DNA from: Tubiluchus corallicola
Lineage: Eukaryota; Animalia; Priapulida
Reading direction: 5' to 3'
DNA: 64,000 nucleotides
NCBI GenBank assembly: GCA_030141605.1
Contig: JAQGDQ010000834.1
Location: 26,342-90,341, forward strand
The notes beneath the pieces are model-generated. The model saw only the letters and a list, made by a program, of their open reading frames with translations, was not told the DNA's origin and ran no database searches. Positions 1 through 11,817 of the stretch are shown in pieces (position 1 is the first letter of the stretch; the number at the start of each line of letters is the position of its first letter). Position numbers and translations under genes: made by a program.

Positions 1-221
1 GTTCAAAATTTCAGTTTCCGAATTTTTCTGGGGGCAAAGTCAGTTATAATTTCTGAAAAGTCAATTTTTTTTAACATATCTGACTCAATATGCATCAGTG
101 ATAAATTGTTTAATTTGTCATCCTTTAGAGAACAAAAACACGTCAGCTCAGCAGTGTAGCAACATCTAAAAGGCCCGTTCCAAGCTCAAGCCTAAGGCCC
201 ATAAAATCATAACCCGCCGCT

Positions 222-425
222 GGTCTCATGCGCTTCTCCTCTGCCTCCTCAATTCTTTTCGCCTCTGCTGTCTTAGCCCCTGTGGTGATGGCACTCCGCC
301 ATGCTGAGCTCCTTGAGTGAGGCCTTCAGGCTGTCTTTGAGGCGTTTCTTTGGTCGTCGAACCTTTCTCTTTCCAGACACAAGTTCTCCATAGAGCATCT
401 TCTTCGGATTTTCCTCAGACAGCCC
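222..425 (-). mobile_element. RTE-clade LINE ORF2 C-terminal fragment (degenerate, internally deleted)
   Basis: The minus strand reads PKKMLYGELVSGKRKVRRPKKRLKDSLKASLKEL, then after a frameshift SAWRSAITTGAKTAEAKRIEEAEEKR. This matches the PKxLLYGELxxGKRxxGRPKKRxKD pattern at the end of RTE ORF2. Confidence 0.75.
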
Positions 426-771
426 ATGTGAAAGTGGTTAAGCTGTTTTACGTGTCTCGATACATTGTAGTAAAGTGTCAGAAAAACCACATCGAAAATT
501 CGTTAATACAGGTAATGTATTGATAAGCACATTTCACCTAAAGCAGATAATGACTTGAATCGTACATATTAATATAGAAAAACTATAGGAAAACATTCAA
601 CTACACGTATTTGCTTACATGTTAATGAAAAGAATGCTAAAACACTGACATTCATTTATAAAACGCATTCCGCTGTTACTACGGAAAAACCTAAGCTAAC
701 AATAATCATAATAACCACGTGAGTAAAGGTAAATCCATCTGCGTTCATTGTTAATTCAACGTTCTCCTTAC

Positions 772-792
772 CTCTGTATCTACTTTGTTCAT
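772..792 (-). CDS. Possible first coding exon (MNKVDTE) of a gene running off the left edge
   Basis: ATG at 792, strong donor GAG|GTAAGG at 771, and promoter-like motifs just upstream. Too short to identify. Confidence 0.25.
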
Positions 793-834
793 ACTGGTGT
801 TGCCGGGAATTGCGTTGCACACCAAGTCACGATG

Positions 835-915
835 ACGTCGCGCGACGTTAACGATTCTCATTGGTCAAAAATGACATAACCTGCGATGTTACGATTCTTA
901 TTGGGTAAAAATGAC
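835..915 (-). promoter_or_regulatory. Promoter-like block: 14-bp CpG palindrome plus two CCAAT boxes
   Basis: ACGTCGCGCGACGT at 835-848. ATTGG at 860 and 900 lies inside a duplicated 24-mer, CGATTCTYATTGGnnAAAAATGAC. Confidence 0.4.
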
Positions 916-2405
916 AGAGACGCTTACAACAGCAGAATTTAAGGCATTTGTTTACGCATTTTCTACAGCATTTCTGCAAAAATACAATAATTTATAAACT
1001 AATTCGATACAGGACGATGCTAGCCAATAGCATGCCGGTCATAATAAAAAAACACGTTTAAAATTATGATCTTTATGCAAAGATAAAGCAAGTTAACCAA
1101 AGACAGTTTTTCCTGCAATACAAGCACCTTAAATTGTAAGGGTTTGGTTTTTCAGTAATTTTTCCAGTAAAAGCTAATATTTTACGCAAAATAACAGTAC
1201 AGTATGTTAGTAAAATAGTCTTAGATTTGAAAAAAAAACAAAATCGGAAAATTAACAAAGATTGACTCTTCTGGCTTAGTAAAGGAAAGCTGTGTTAGAT
1301 AATGATTTTGGTTAAATTATTAAATTAATAATTCAAGATTAAATGCTTAAACTGTCGTCGTGACTAGATGCCTAGTTAGGTGTGGCATCACGTAACCATG
1401 CGCAGAAGCTCACGGCGCATTAGAGAGTTGGATAAAAGTGTTTGAGGCCCGCACCTCGAGAAAAGATGAGGAACTGACTTGAAGACGGAGGGCTGGCATT
1501 ACTATCCTATTATATTTACCGTGTTGTGTTCGATATTTAATAAATGTGTCGCTCCTTAAATCGAGTCTTGATAGTTTGCCATGCCGTCGTGGCTATCTCA
1601 CACGCCACGCTATAAACAACAATAATCAGCAAGCAGCTTTAACCACGTGAACAAGCAAACTTTAACCAAATTATTTTACTACTTTTTTGACCTCTAGCTT
1701 TATAATTAAATTACCGCACGATGGACGGCTTGCTATGCAGCGTCACACAATAGTTGCCCTCTAAACCACCCACAAAAAGATTTTGCGTAACCTCAGCAAG
1801 TGAGCTGATGTCACTCATTGTTCTTCTTGACGTCAAACAATGATAGTAACGTCAACGGTCAAGTAGCAGCAATATTTCACACAAATAAGCCTTTTCACAG
1901 TTCCAGTGATTGATGATGATCGTGAAAAAGTCGAAGGTTAAGTGTACTAGACAGCTCATTACTGTACACTTGACAACGCCTCCCAGTCCATGCTATTGTA
2001 ATAGTAACAGTTTTAACAGCTAGCTAGAACCTTACCTGGTTCTTTTTTTCTTATTCCCAAAGCAAGATCCTGATAGCAAATCACTCTACGCACAGACTAA
2101 TTAAGTCCACATAAGACCACTGAAGTTACTGAATTACTTTGCGTTACCCACATAACGTTTGTAGCTAAAACGCGCTCTGTGGTACACTTAACCTTTGACC
2201 TACAGCAACTGCGCATGCGCGCAACGAAACTATGAAAAGGCTTATTACACTTTCGTAACCATGTGCCAAACGTTCACTTCACTTGGAACTTGGAGTCAAT
2301 CAGTAGTTTTGACGTGGAACAATGAGTTCTTTTGGCATCCTGCATTGTTTACCTTGATTCCACACACTGGTTCAACTTTATTAACTTAACATTAAACTTT
2401 GTGTG

Positions 2406-2780
2406 TCAAAAAGTTGTTCTATTGTCCAAGACATGTGTTCCTCTTGAGACTTTTCCTTTTCCATTAACTTCCTGCTTTATGACAACAAAGTCAGTCCTTC
2501 CTGGCAGTAAAACGATGCTGAATGGGTCATGATGGTCCTCTTCGCGGTTCTTTTCTCTCTGCAATACCAACCTCAACTTGCAACCCAAACACAATGAAAA
2601 GAGAGAAATCAGGCACTCGACGGCAGCCGCTGAAAGAGCAATGACCAGTAGGTTACCCTTGTCCTCCTTGATGTAGATTTGTCCGTCCATTGTCCGGTCG
2701 ACCAGTCCGAGACGCAGCAGCTGAATGCTGATGATGGCAGTGACGACTGAGCAGCCGGATAATGATGTGAACACTAACAT
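2406..2780 (-). CDS. TMEM196: TMEM196-like (CD20/MS4A-type tetraspan) protein, exon 3 (terminal)
   Basis: Acceptor ATTTTTCTAG| at 2781, phase 0. MLVFTSLSGCSVVTAIISIQLLRLG has two TM segments and resembles my recollection of TMEM196 ([23 protein letters not shown]). Stop at 2406. Confidence 0.85.
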   Translation of the reverse strand: MLVFTSLSGCSVVTAIISIQLLRLGLVDRTMDGQIYIKEDKGNLLVIALSAAAVECLISLFSLCLGCKLRLVLQREKNREEDHHDPFSIVLLPGRTDFVVIKQEVNGKGKVSRGTHVLDNRTTF

Positions 2781-2846
2781 CTAGAAAAATAAAGTATCTC
2801 TATATATTAATTTCGGTGGTATATATATCCATGTATATCCATATAT

Positions 2847-2847
<1 letters not shown>

Positions 2848-2889
<42 letters not shown>

Positions 2890-2992
2890 TAAACATACAC
2901 ACACACACACACACACACACACGCACGCGCGCGCGCACGCACGCACGCACGCGCACAGACAGACAGACAGACAGATAGATAGATATACATAT
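2848..2992. repeat. Compound microsatellite (TA)n(CA)n(GCAC)n(GACA)n(GATA)n
   Basis: Directly visible. Confidence 0.95.
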
Positions 2993-3477
2993 ATGCATAG
3001 CTACAGCTCCGACGAGGGCACCATTCTCGACGATCTATACGTCAAACGAAAGGTCTCCGCCCATAGGTTCGCAACTGCGGGTTTATTTTTCGAATTGAGC
3101 CCGCCGGGAGGAACGGGAGGCGAAGAACCTCTAAAATTGTTATGAATATTTTAATAACAAACTTTTGCTGTTTATTTATTACACAATATCTATTAGCATA
3201 TGCGTATAAGGCGGAGGAGGGACACCCCTCCCAGTGTTTGACTGCTGTTGGGGGGTGGGAGGGGACAGCCCTCCCAGTGGAAATGAACTGATAGGGTAAA
3301 CGCTGGTCATTTTCAGGGCAAATGATTCTATTGCCTACAAACTGCTTCACGTCTTATTAAAAGTGCTTATTTAATATTTTTAATAATGTTTTTTAGTAAA
3401 TTTTAAAGTTAATAATAGTGTTATCAAATTTAGTTTACTAAACCACACAAGTCATCTATGCACTTCTTAAGACAAGA

Positions 3478-3605
3478 GCATCAACAACAACACCATCATC
3501 ATCATCATCGACAACAACAACATCATCATCATCATCAAAAAACAACAACAACCGCAATAACAACGACGACGACAACAATAACAACAACATCATCATCTTC
3601 ATCAT

Positions 3606-3636
<31 letters not shown>

Positions 3637-3820
3637 ATCATTAACAACAACAACAACAACAACATCATTAACAACAACAACAACATCATCATCATCATCA
3701 CCACCACCACCAACAACAACATCATCATCAACAACAACAACAACAACAACAACATCATCATCAACAACAACAACATCATCATTATCAACAACAACAACAA
3801 CAACAACAATGACAATAATT
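3478..3820. repeat. (CAA)n/(CAT)n trinucleotide microsatellite
   Basis: Directly visible; explains the poly-T/poly-L ORFs at 3456-3823. Confidence 0.95.
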
Positions 3821-4367
3821 TAGGTTTTTTCCAATGTCTGAAATTAGTCTGTTCAATGAAGTGTTTTCAGCAGTATAAGCCTACTACACAAAAAGACACT
3901 CAAAACTCTAGACTACGGAATTTAAAATTAATAGGCCTATAGAATCTCAATGCGTATAGTTCAAAATCTGTTTAATAGAGATCCTTTACCTTAAGGTATT
4001 GTAACTGATGATGAACTATGGGTAATTTGCGTTTCTACAACTAAATTTTTCTGTGAACTGCAATTAGTAACGTATAATAATAGCAACTCATAATCTTAGA
4101 TGCTGAGGTGCAATTAGTCTAGAAGCTTCCTGTGTGAATGAGGATGAGGAAGCAGAGATTCTTAACTGGCTTCATTATTAAGGATTCACGGTGCAACCAA
4201 GCTATATTTCACGAAGTATAAAGACAGTGATCACAGCTTGTCACCGTAGTTGAGACAATTTGCAACATTATCAGTCTACAACGGTGTTCAGGTTTAACTC
4301 ACTAGAGTCAAACCGTAGCTAGTTGGCTCCAACCTGCATGTATAATACAGCTGATGTACAATTACGT

Positions 4368-5343
4368 TTACATGCATAAAACTATGACCTCATAAATGTT
4401 TACGTGTGTATAAGTATGACGTCATAAATGTTTACATGCATAAAACTATGACCTCATATAAATGTTTACAAGCATAAAACTATGACCTCATAAATGTTTA
4501 CGTGCATAAAAGTATGACGTCATAAATGTTTACAAGCATAAACTATGACCTCATATAAATGTTTACAAGCATAAAACTATGACCTCGTAAATGTTCACGT
4601 GTGTAAAAGTATGACATAATAAATGTTTATGCATGTAAAACTATGACCTCATAAATGTTTACGTGCATAAGAGTATGACGTCATAAATGTTTACATGCAT
4701 AAAATTATGACCTCATATAAATCTTTACGTACATAAAACTATTACCACATAAATGTTCACGTGTGTGTGTAAAAGTATGACTATAACCTCATAAATGTTT
4801 ATGCATATAAAACTATGACCTCATAAATGTTTACGTGCATAAAAGTATGACGTCATAAATGTTTACAAGCATAAACTATGACCTCATATAAATGTTTACA
4901 AGCATAAAACTATGACCTCGTAAATGATCACGTGTGTAAAAGTATGACATAATAAATGTTTATGCATGTAAAACTATGACCTCATAAATGTTTACGTGCA
5001 TAAGAGTATGACGTCATAAATGTTTACATGCATAAAATTATGACCTCATATAAATCTTTACGTACATAAAACTATTACCACATAAATGTTCACGTGTGTA
5101 AAAGTATGACATAATAAATGTTTATGCATGTAAAACTATGACCTCATAAATGTTTACGTGCATAAGAGTATGACGTCATAAATGTTTACATGCATAAAAT
5201 TATGACCTCATATAAATCTTTACGTACATAAAACTATTACCACATAAATGTTCACGTGTGTAAAAGTACGACGACATAAATGTTTACGCATATAAAACTA
5301 TTACCTCATAAATGTTCACGTGCATATAACTATGACGTCATAA
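4368..5343. repeat. 32-bp minisatellite with a 162-bp five-unit higher-order repeat
   Basis: Unit approximately AAAACTATGACCTCATAAATGTTTACGTGCAT. The variant block CGTGTGTAAAAGTATGACATAAT recurs at 4931 and 5093. Confidence 0.92.
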
Positions 5344-5826
5344 AACGCCAGGTTCAAAAAATTTCAAAATACATTGGACACTATCATTTTGGAATGTTAC
5401 TACAAGATCTGTTTTGTTTTTATAAGTAATTCGCCACACTGCAAGCCAAATATCAAACAGTTGCATAGCCTGCTAACTGTGGCGAGACCGAAAGCTGGCT
5501 CATTATTAAGGCTAATCCCTTTTTGGGTATTAATTTTTTAACTGGGTATTTTTTAAACGCTTATACAGAAGTTAATCTTGAGTTAAGCAGCTTGCTGCTT
5601 TATTGACAAATCTGTATATTTATATAAATATGTTTATATCCAAATCTCACCGTACAATTAATTTGAATCATGTTTACAATAATGTTCAGCGATGAACTTG
5701 ATTGTAATAATGGTAAGTAAATTAAATCAATTACATTTAATTTAATTTTTAATTTAATTCAATTTTGAATTTAATTTAATAATTTCAATCTCACTCTATT
5801 ACTGTAGCATGATGTAAGTCTTTTAC

Positions 5827-5886
5827 CAGGTAAGGGCTTCTCCTCCTCCTTGCTGACATGAAAGCGCAGCCTCCGCAAGATACAAA
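5827..5886 (-). CDS. TMEM196: TMEM196-like exon 2 (FVSCGGCAFMSARRRRSPYL)
   Basis: 60 bp, acceptor TTTTTCTTTCATAG| and donor CTG|GTAAAA, phase 0/0. Corresponds to the recalled TMEM196 segment FLLCGICGILCAKKKSGLV. Absent from the ORF track. Confidence 0.82.
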
Positions 5887-5917
5887 CTATGAAAGAAAAA
5901 TAACAAAATATATTTAA

Positions 5918-6596
5918 AGCACAAGAAAACTTAAACATAAAGCTTAAAAAATTCGTCTTGAAATTTTATACCACTTACATATATTACTGCCTTTTGCTTA
6001 ATAGTCTTGCGTCGGCAGTAACGCCATATAAAACATGTAAATTTAAACTCCCGCGATGACCGTTAGACGCAGCCATTTTAATGGTAGGTTGTTTGAAACA
6101 AGTTTAGATAACATTGTGTAAAGTTTGTTTGAAAAAATAATTAGAGCATTCGTAGCGCACACCTCACTAACTAAGTAAAATTTAATTGAATTACTGTATC
6201 TTGTCAATAAGATTCAAAACACGTTTTGGGTTAGTGAGTGGTAAAACAACGACATTTTATCCTTTGGTGAAAGCATTTTAAATAATAATTTCCTATTCTA
6301 GTTACATTAGTCTTTCAATCAGTTAAGCGAAATGTTAAGTACTGTAATATAATCTTGCATGGAAAGTTTTTTTTTGGGGGGGGCATAGTTTAACATTTAC
6401 TTTTCTTCCCTTGATTAACGCTGTGCGTATATGATGTCATGTAATGGCACCGCGTCGGTACAGTGTTGCGGGAAATTTAAAATCAAAACAAACAAAAATT
6501 CCTTTCAACGCGAGTACGATAAAGTTGTTATATAGTGATATAATTTCTTAAGGCGATTTTTCCGAAAACTACTTTAGGTACCCCTTTTCTTGTCTT
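5918..6596 (-). mobile_element. Kolobok-like non-autonomous element, family B, full length (679 bp)
   Basis: TTAA at 5914-5917 and 6597-6600; termini AGCACAAGAAAA ... TTTTCTTGTCTT. Homologous copies near 8815, 13240, 38860, 39340, 47150, 48590 and 50466. Confidence 0.75.
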
Positions 6597-7764
6597 TTAA
6601 AAGGTGAATTTAGTACAAACCTCAACGCTAGGTGCCGCTGATATTATAACAACAAATACATGTTAGACGACCTACTCGACCGCTAGATTGTAGCACGTGA
6701 GTCCTTACAAAATTATAATCCTGCAGTCTTACACAGAAACATATTCGAAAAATTCAAAACTGGTCATCCATCTTGCTCTATTATCCATAGTTTGTTACAG
6801 CAGTTTACTAAATCAACCTCTTGCTTCACCGTACAATAGAATTGACTGTTAAATGATTAGTCAGCCAACTTACTTTGTAAATGTATTTTTATTATTACTG
6901 TTGTTGTTAAAATATTGTGTTTATATAGATCATGTATGTAAGTTTAAGCATCATCTGCTAATTGTAGTGTCTCAAGTCGAGTGTGATAATTATTTGTTGT
7001 GATGCCCATTTTTCTTTTATTAGCACTTTACACTCAGCACTTGCACCGTGGAGATACCCTTTTCAAACCTAGTCTGTTTTGTAAATCCACTATAAATAAA
7101 TAAAGTTTAAATTAAATTAAACATGTTTAGTGATATATTATGTTATAGTAAAGAAATTATTAATACGTTTACAGTTAAATAAATTAGCAACTGATTAATG
7201 TGTATTAAATGATAATTACACATTAAGGCGTGTTAGATTTGAGATAGAGAAGCTAAAGGAGAAAGAACAAAGAAAGAACAACAGAGAAAGAGGGCAAAGA
7301 GAGAGAGAGAGAGAGGAAGAGAGAAAGGAAGAGAGAGAAAGATACGGTACGGGTCCTGTATAAACTTTACTGCGCAGGACAAAGAAAGAAAAGCAGAGAA
7401 GAAGACAAAGATTGAGAGAAAGGAAGAGAGACACGCTTGCTGTAAGGGCCCTTCTGTATAAACTATACTATAACAGCCCCATCTCTTCGTCCAAGATTCA
7501 AGTCAATTTACTTTCATTGATAAACATTTTATTTTAGAAAATTGTTAAAGGAAAACCGGACGATTGATTAGACTCAATCTTATTTTAATTTGAAACTAAA
7601 ACTGAAGCTGAAACTACAAAGCAACTGATTGGAATTTAACTTATTAAAATAATGCAAATCATGAGCTAATTTGATTTGTAATAAATATCAAAATACTAGC
7701 ATTTCTTTAAGGAACATTTCATTGATAAACAGAAGATAATTATTCTAGTTTATTTAAACTTAAG

Positions 7765-8574
7765 TAAGACAGGATGATTTTTCATATACTTCCCCATTTT
7801 CAAGTACGATAAAACGTATACATTTTAACAGAATTAATAATGCAAAAGCGTTTCTGATAATTAAATAATAGATTAAAAACTTAATTAACGGCGGGCGAGC
7901 TCAATTATTGATGACATCACAAACGAACATAATTTTCAACAGCAAAAATATTCCGCACGTGTTTGTGAAAGCAAAAAATTGAAGTCCACTACTGTAAGAT
8001 TTTCAGTGTGTTGTACTAAAACCAGGCATGTTTTAAGATAAAAATTGAAATTTCAATTTGGTTTTATTTTAAGAAACAAAATTATGTTGCTTCAATGGCA
8101 ACTTTCTGTAAAATAGCTGCCACCACGCTTTCTGCCGTTCACTAGTTAAATGGATACCAGCCCTGCATTTAGGAAAAGTGTTGCGTAAAAACAGGTGCTC
8201 TAGCTCGCAGTTTAGAAGTCCAGTTGTGACGTAGTACACACTTTCGAGAGCTCATGCGTGAGCACAGGTGTAAACGTGAAAATTGAATTTTAAACCTATA
8301 ATTTGCCGAGTTTTTATATATCACATCGAATGATGTACAGTAGCACAGTACTTTCGATTTCGCAAACACGTGCAACGAACTTTAACAAATTGCTGTTAAA
8401 AATTATGTTCAGTTGTGATGTCATAACTAGTTGAGATCGCCCACCATTAATCAAACTTTGAATCTACTGTTTAATTATCAGAAACGCTTTGGCATTATTA
8501 TAAGCGTTAAAATTTGTTTGTTTTCCCGTGCTAGAAAACGTGGCAGGACGTGAAATCATCCGTTTTTCCTTTAA
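7765..8574. mobile_element. Two Kolobok-like family A fragments in inverted orientation
   Basis: 7765-8060 matches the 5' half of 23635-24240. 8160-8574 is a more diverged reverse copy ending TTTTCCT-TTAA. Confidence 0.7.
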
Positions 8575-8814
8575 AGTCGCGGGCTGCTCTGTGCGTCGGC
8601 AGAATTTTCACCGCTACCCCGTGTAACTGACAGCGAGATTAAGGCGCCATTATCTTGTTAGAAACAGCAAAGAAGGAAATTCGCGAGTGCGTAGCCGTTT
8701 ATGTAACGAAAAGATGCTCGTATAGAAACTTCATCAGCAGCCTTTATAAACACATTGGCTGAGTAATTAAAAAGTAATTAAAAAGTACAAACTAAATTTT
8801 GCTAATTATAGTAA

Positions 8815-9275
8815 ATCATTGGATACAAGTTTAGATAACATTGCGTGATGTTAAAAAAAATAATCAGAGCATTCCTAGCGCACATGATACTAAATAAAAT
8901 TTTAAATTACTGTATCTTGTCAATAAGAATCAAAAAACGTTGTTGGTTAGTGAGTGGCGCACCCTGGAGGGTGAGTCAGCGACGTTTTACCAATTGGCAC
9001 AAACATTTTAAATTATTATTTCTAGTTACATAAGTCTTTCCAGCAGGTAAGTGAAATGCTAAGTAATGTAGATTTGCTGGGAAAGTTTTTTGGGACATAA
9101 TTTAACATTGCCTTTTCTTCCCCTGATTTACGTTTACGCAGGTGACGTCAAGTAATGCCTCGGTACTGCGGGAGATTTAAAACGAAAACAAACAAAAATT
9201 TCTTTTAACGCGAGTACGATATATGCATAAATTTTTTGTAAAGTAGTATAATTTTCAAGGTGATTTTTCTGAGAC
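8815..9275 (-). mobile_element. Kolobok-like family B partial copy
   Basis: Colinear with about 6095-6570 (ACAAGTTTAGATAACATTG ... TTTTAACGCGAGTACGAT). Confidence 0.75.
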
Positions 9276-9346
9276 TTACTCCTTATAGTCCAAGAGTCCG
9301 TATAGTTAACTCGTTATAGTCCAAGAGTCCTTATAGTTACTCGTTA

Positions 9347-10287
9347 GGCTGCCAGGCCATAGAAACTCATGCTTCATGCCTCACGCTTCATACTTCATAC
9401 TTCATGCTTCATGCTTCACGGCCCACTGGGCCATAGGGGCTCATGCTCTCACGCTTCACACACACACGAGTCTGCGTTGCGCATTCAAAATGGAATCATC
9501 TGACGAGGAAGATTTCTTGATTTTGTTGTGTCTCAGAAGAAGGAAGCGAAAGAGACGGAGAATATGGTGCCGGGAGCATTTTTTGCTCAGAGAATCCAGA
9601 GGAGAATTTCAGCGGACATTTCAACACCTCGTGGACAATCCTGATGAAGAACTATTTCATAATTACACAAGGATGTCGTACAAGACTTACAGTACATTAA
9701 AGTCCCTCGTGCTAGGACATCTGAAGCCACGCCATTCAAATTGGAGGAGGCCAATCGAAGCAGAACAAAAGCTCATCATAACTCTCAGGTGGTAATTACT
9801 AGTCAAAGTATGTTTGTCAGATAAGCATGCACTGACATGAGTAGATCTAAACACCCCCCCAAAAAGAAAGGCCACACAAAAATTCCAAAATGTTTTTGAA
9901 GGGTAAAATTTAATTATTTTATGTTTTTCAGATATACTGACATGACCATATAATAAAAACAAAAACCGAAAAACGAAAGTGAAAAATTTGAAAAGGTTTA
10001 GTCACAATGTCCCGTTCTAACTCTGATCGTGAAATGAATAGTCCTCAGGACCATGAGCAGTCAAAAACGCTCTGATATCCAGTCTGCCCCCGGACTCACG
10101 TCTCGAAAAAGTGAACATGTTCACTTCTAGCTTCACGCGTGAGTCGTGAAGCTTGAAGTGTGAGGCGTGAGCGGAGGTCTATGGCGCACCGCAAATAAGA
10201 TTACGTTTGTTCATTTTTCCACTCACGCGTTTAGACGTGAAGCATGAGCGTGAGGCATGAAGCGTGAGTTTCTATGGCCTGGCAGCC
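9347..10287 (+). mobile_element. Internally deleted PIF/Harbinger transposon (941 bp)
   Basis: TIRs of about 40 bp (GGCTGCCAGGCCATAGAAACTCAYGCTTCATGCCTCACGCT), TTA TSD at 9344-9346 and 10288-10290, subterminal GCTTCA repeats, and a transposase N-terminus inside. Confidence 0.93.
9490..9795 (+). pseudogene. Harbinger (HARBI1-like) transposase N-terminal fragment
   Basis: MESSDEEDFLILLCLRRRKRKRRRIWCRE...RESRGEF...LFHNYTRMS...RRPIEAEQKLIITLR matches Harbinger nuclease N-termini. The DDE core is absent; there is a likely donor AG|GT after ITLR. Confidence 0.88.
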
Positions 10288-11817
10288 TTATAGTCCAAGA
10301 GTCCTTATGGTTACTCCTTATAGTCCAAGAGTCCTTATAGTTAACTAGTAATAGACCAAGAGTCCTTATAGTTACTCGTTATAGTCCAAGAGTCCTCATA
10401 GTTACTCCTCCTTGTAGTCCAAGAGTCCTTATGGTTACTGCTTGTAGTCCAAGAGTCCTTATGGTTACTCCTTATCGTCCAAGAGTCCTTATAGTTACTG
10501 CTTATAGTCCAAGAGTCTTCATAGTTACTGCTTATAGTCCAAGAGTCCTCATAGTTACTCGTTATAGTCCAAAAGTCCTCATAGTTACTCGTTATAGTCC
10601 AAGAGTCCTTATAGTTAACTCGTTATAGTCCAAGAGTCCTTATAGTTACTCGTTATAGTCCAAGAGTCCTTATAGTTAACTCGTTATAGACCAAGAGTCC
10701 TTATAGTTAACTCGTTGTAGACCAATAGTCCTTATAGTTACTCGTTATAGTCCAAGAGTCCTCATAGTTACTCCTCCTTGTAGTCCAAGAGTCCTTATGG
10801 TTACTGCTTGTAGTCCAAGAGTCCTTATGGTTACTCCTTATCGTCCAAGAGTCCTTATAGTTACTGCTTATAGTCCAAGAGTCTTCATAGTTACTGCTTA
10901 TAGTCCAAGAGTCCGTATAGTTAACTCGTTATTGACCAAGAGTCCTTATAGTTACTCGTTATAGTCCAAGAGTCCTCATAGTTACTCGTTATAGTCCAAG
11001 AGTCCTTATCGTTACCCTTCATAGTCCAAGAGTCTTCATAGTTACTCCTTCTTGTAGTCCAAGATTCCTTATAGTTACTCCTTATAATCCAAGAGTCCTT
11101 ATAGTTACTCCTTATAATCCAACAGTCCTTATAGTTAGTCCGTATTTCGTTACGTGCTTTTGAACTGACTTTTGTTCTGACTTGCCACACCTTTGCAAGA
11201 GTATTGACTCGTTTGGGATCATTGGACATTAATTATGATCATCTTAAGGCGTCAATAATGAGCACAATAATGAATCCGCATGCAGTAAATAATAAATAAA
11301 CCTATTGTCATGTTCCTACCGATACACCACAATAGAGGTACCATGTTAATCTATTCCATGTGTTTATTTAGGTCTGTCACGTCACAATAGTCGTCTAACA
11401 GGGCGGGTGAACGAACAATTTAGAACGATGTTTGTGAAAGAACGGAAACATAGAAATTTTATGATGCATAACAGAAGAAAACAAAGGGAATTCTGGTATC
11501 CGGTACATGGATTTTTTGTTTAAAGAAAAACTGAAGAACTTGTGGCATGAAAAGCTGAACATGAAACTTGATAAATCAAAGGAAATAATGAAATAGATTT
11601 GCCATACAAGTCTACTGAAGCCATTCACCTTACTGAAGCCAAACGTGAAATTACTAAGCCAGCGTGTAATGTCATCCATAATTAATTATGAGCGCGTTTT
11701 AGGTTTGATTAATAATCTTGGAATAAATTAGTGAAAAACTAACTGGAAACCAAAGGCACAACAACAAGCAAAAGTTGTTGCATTAGAATTTTGTTTGTAT
11801 TTGTACAATCTGGCGAA

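Larger units (their letters stand above)
9276..11138. repeat. 30-bp minisatellite interrupted by a Harbinger element
   Basis: Unit TAGTCCAAGAGTCCTTATAGTTACTCGTTA; about 2 units before 9347 and roughly 27 after 10290. Confidence 0.95.

Noticed and set aside
2993-3145. Segment next to the (GACA)n tract resembling non-autonomous Helitron-type repeats
   Set aside because: Single copy in the window and no diagnostic termini found.
2781-3823. ORFs with poly-YI/HT/T/L/H tracts
   Set aside because: They are translations of microsatellites inside TMEM196-like intron 2.
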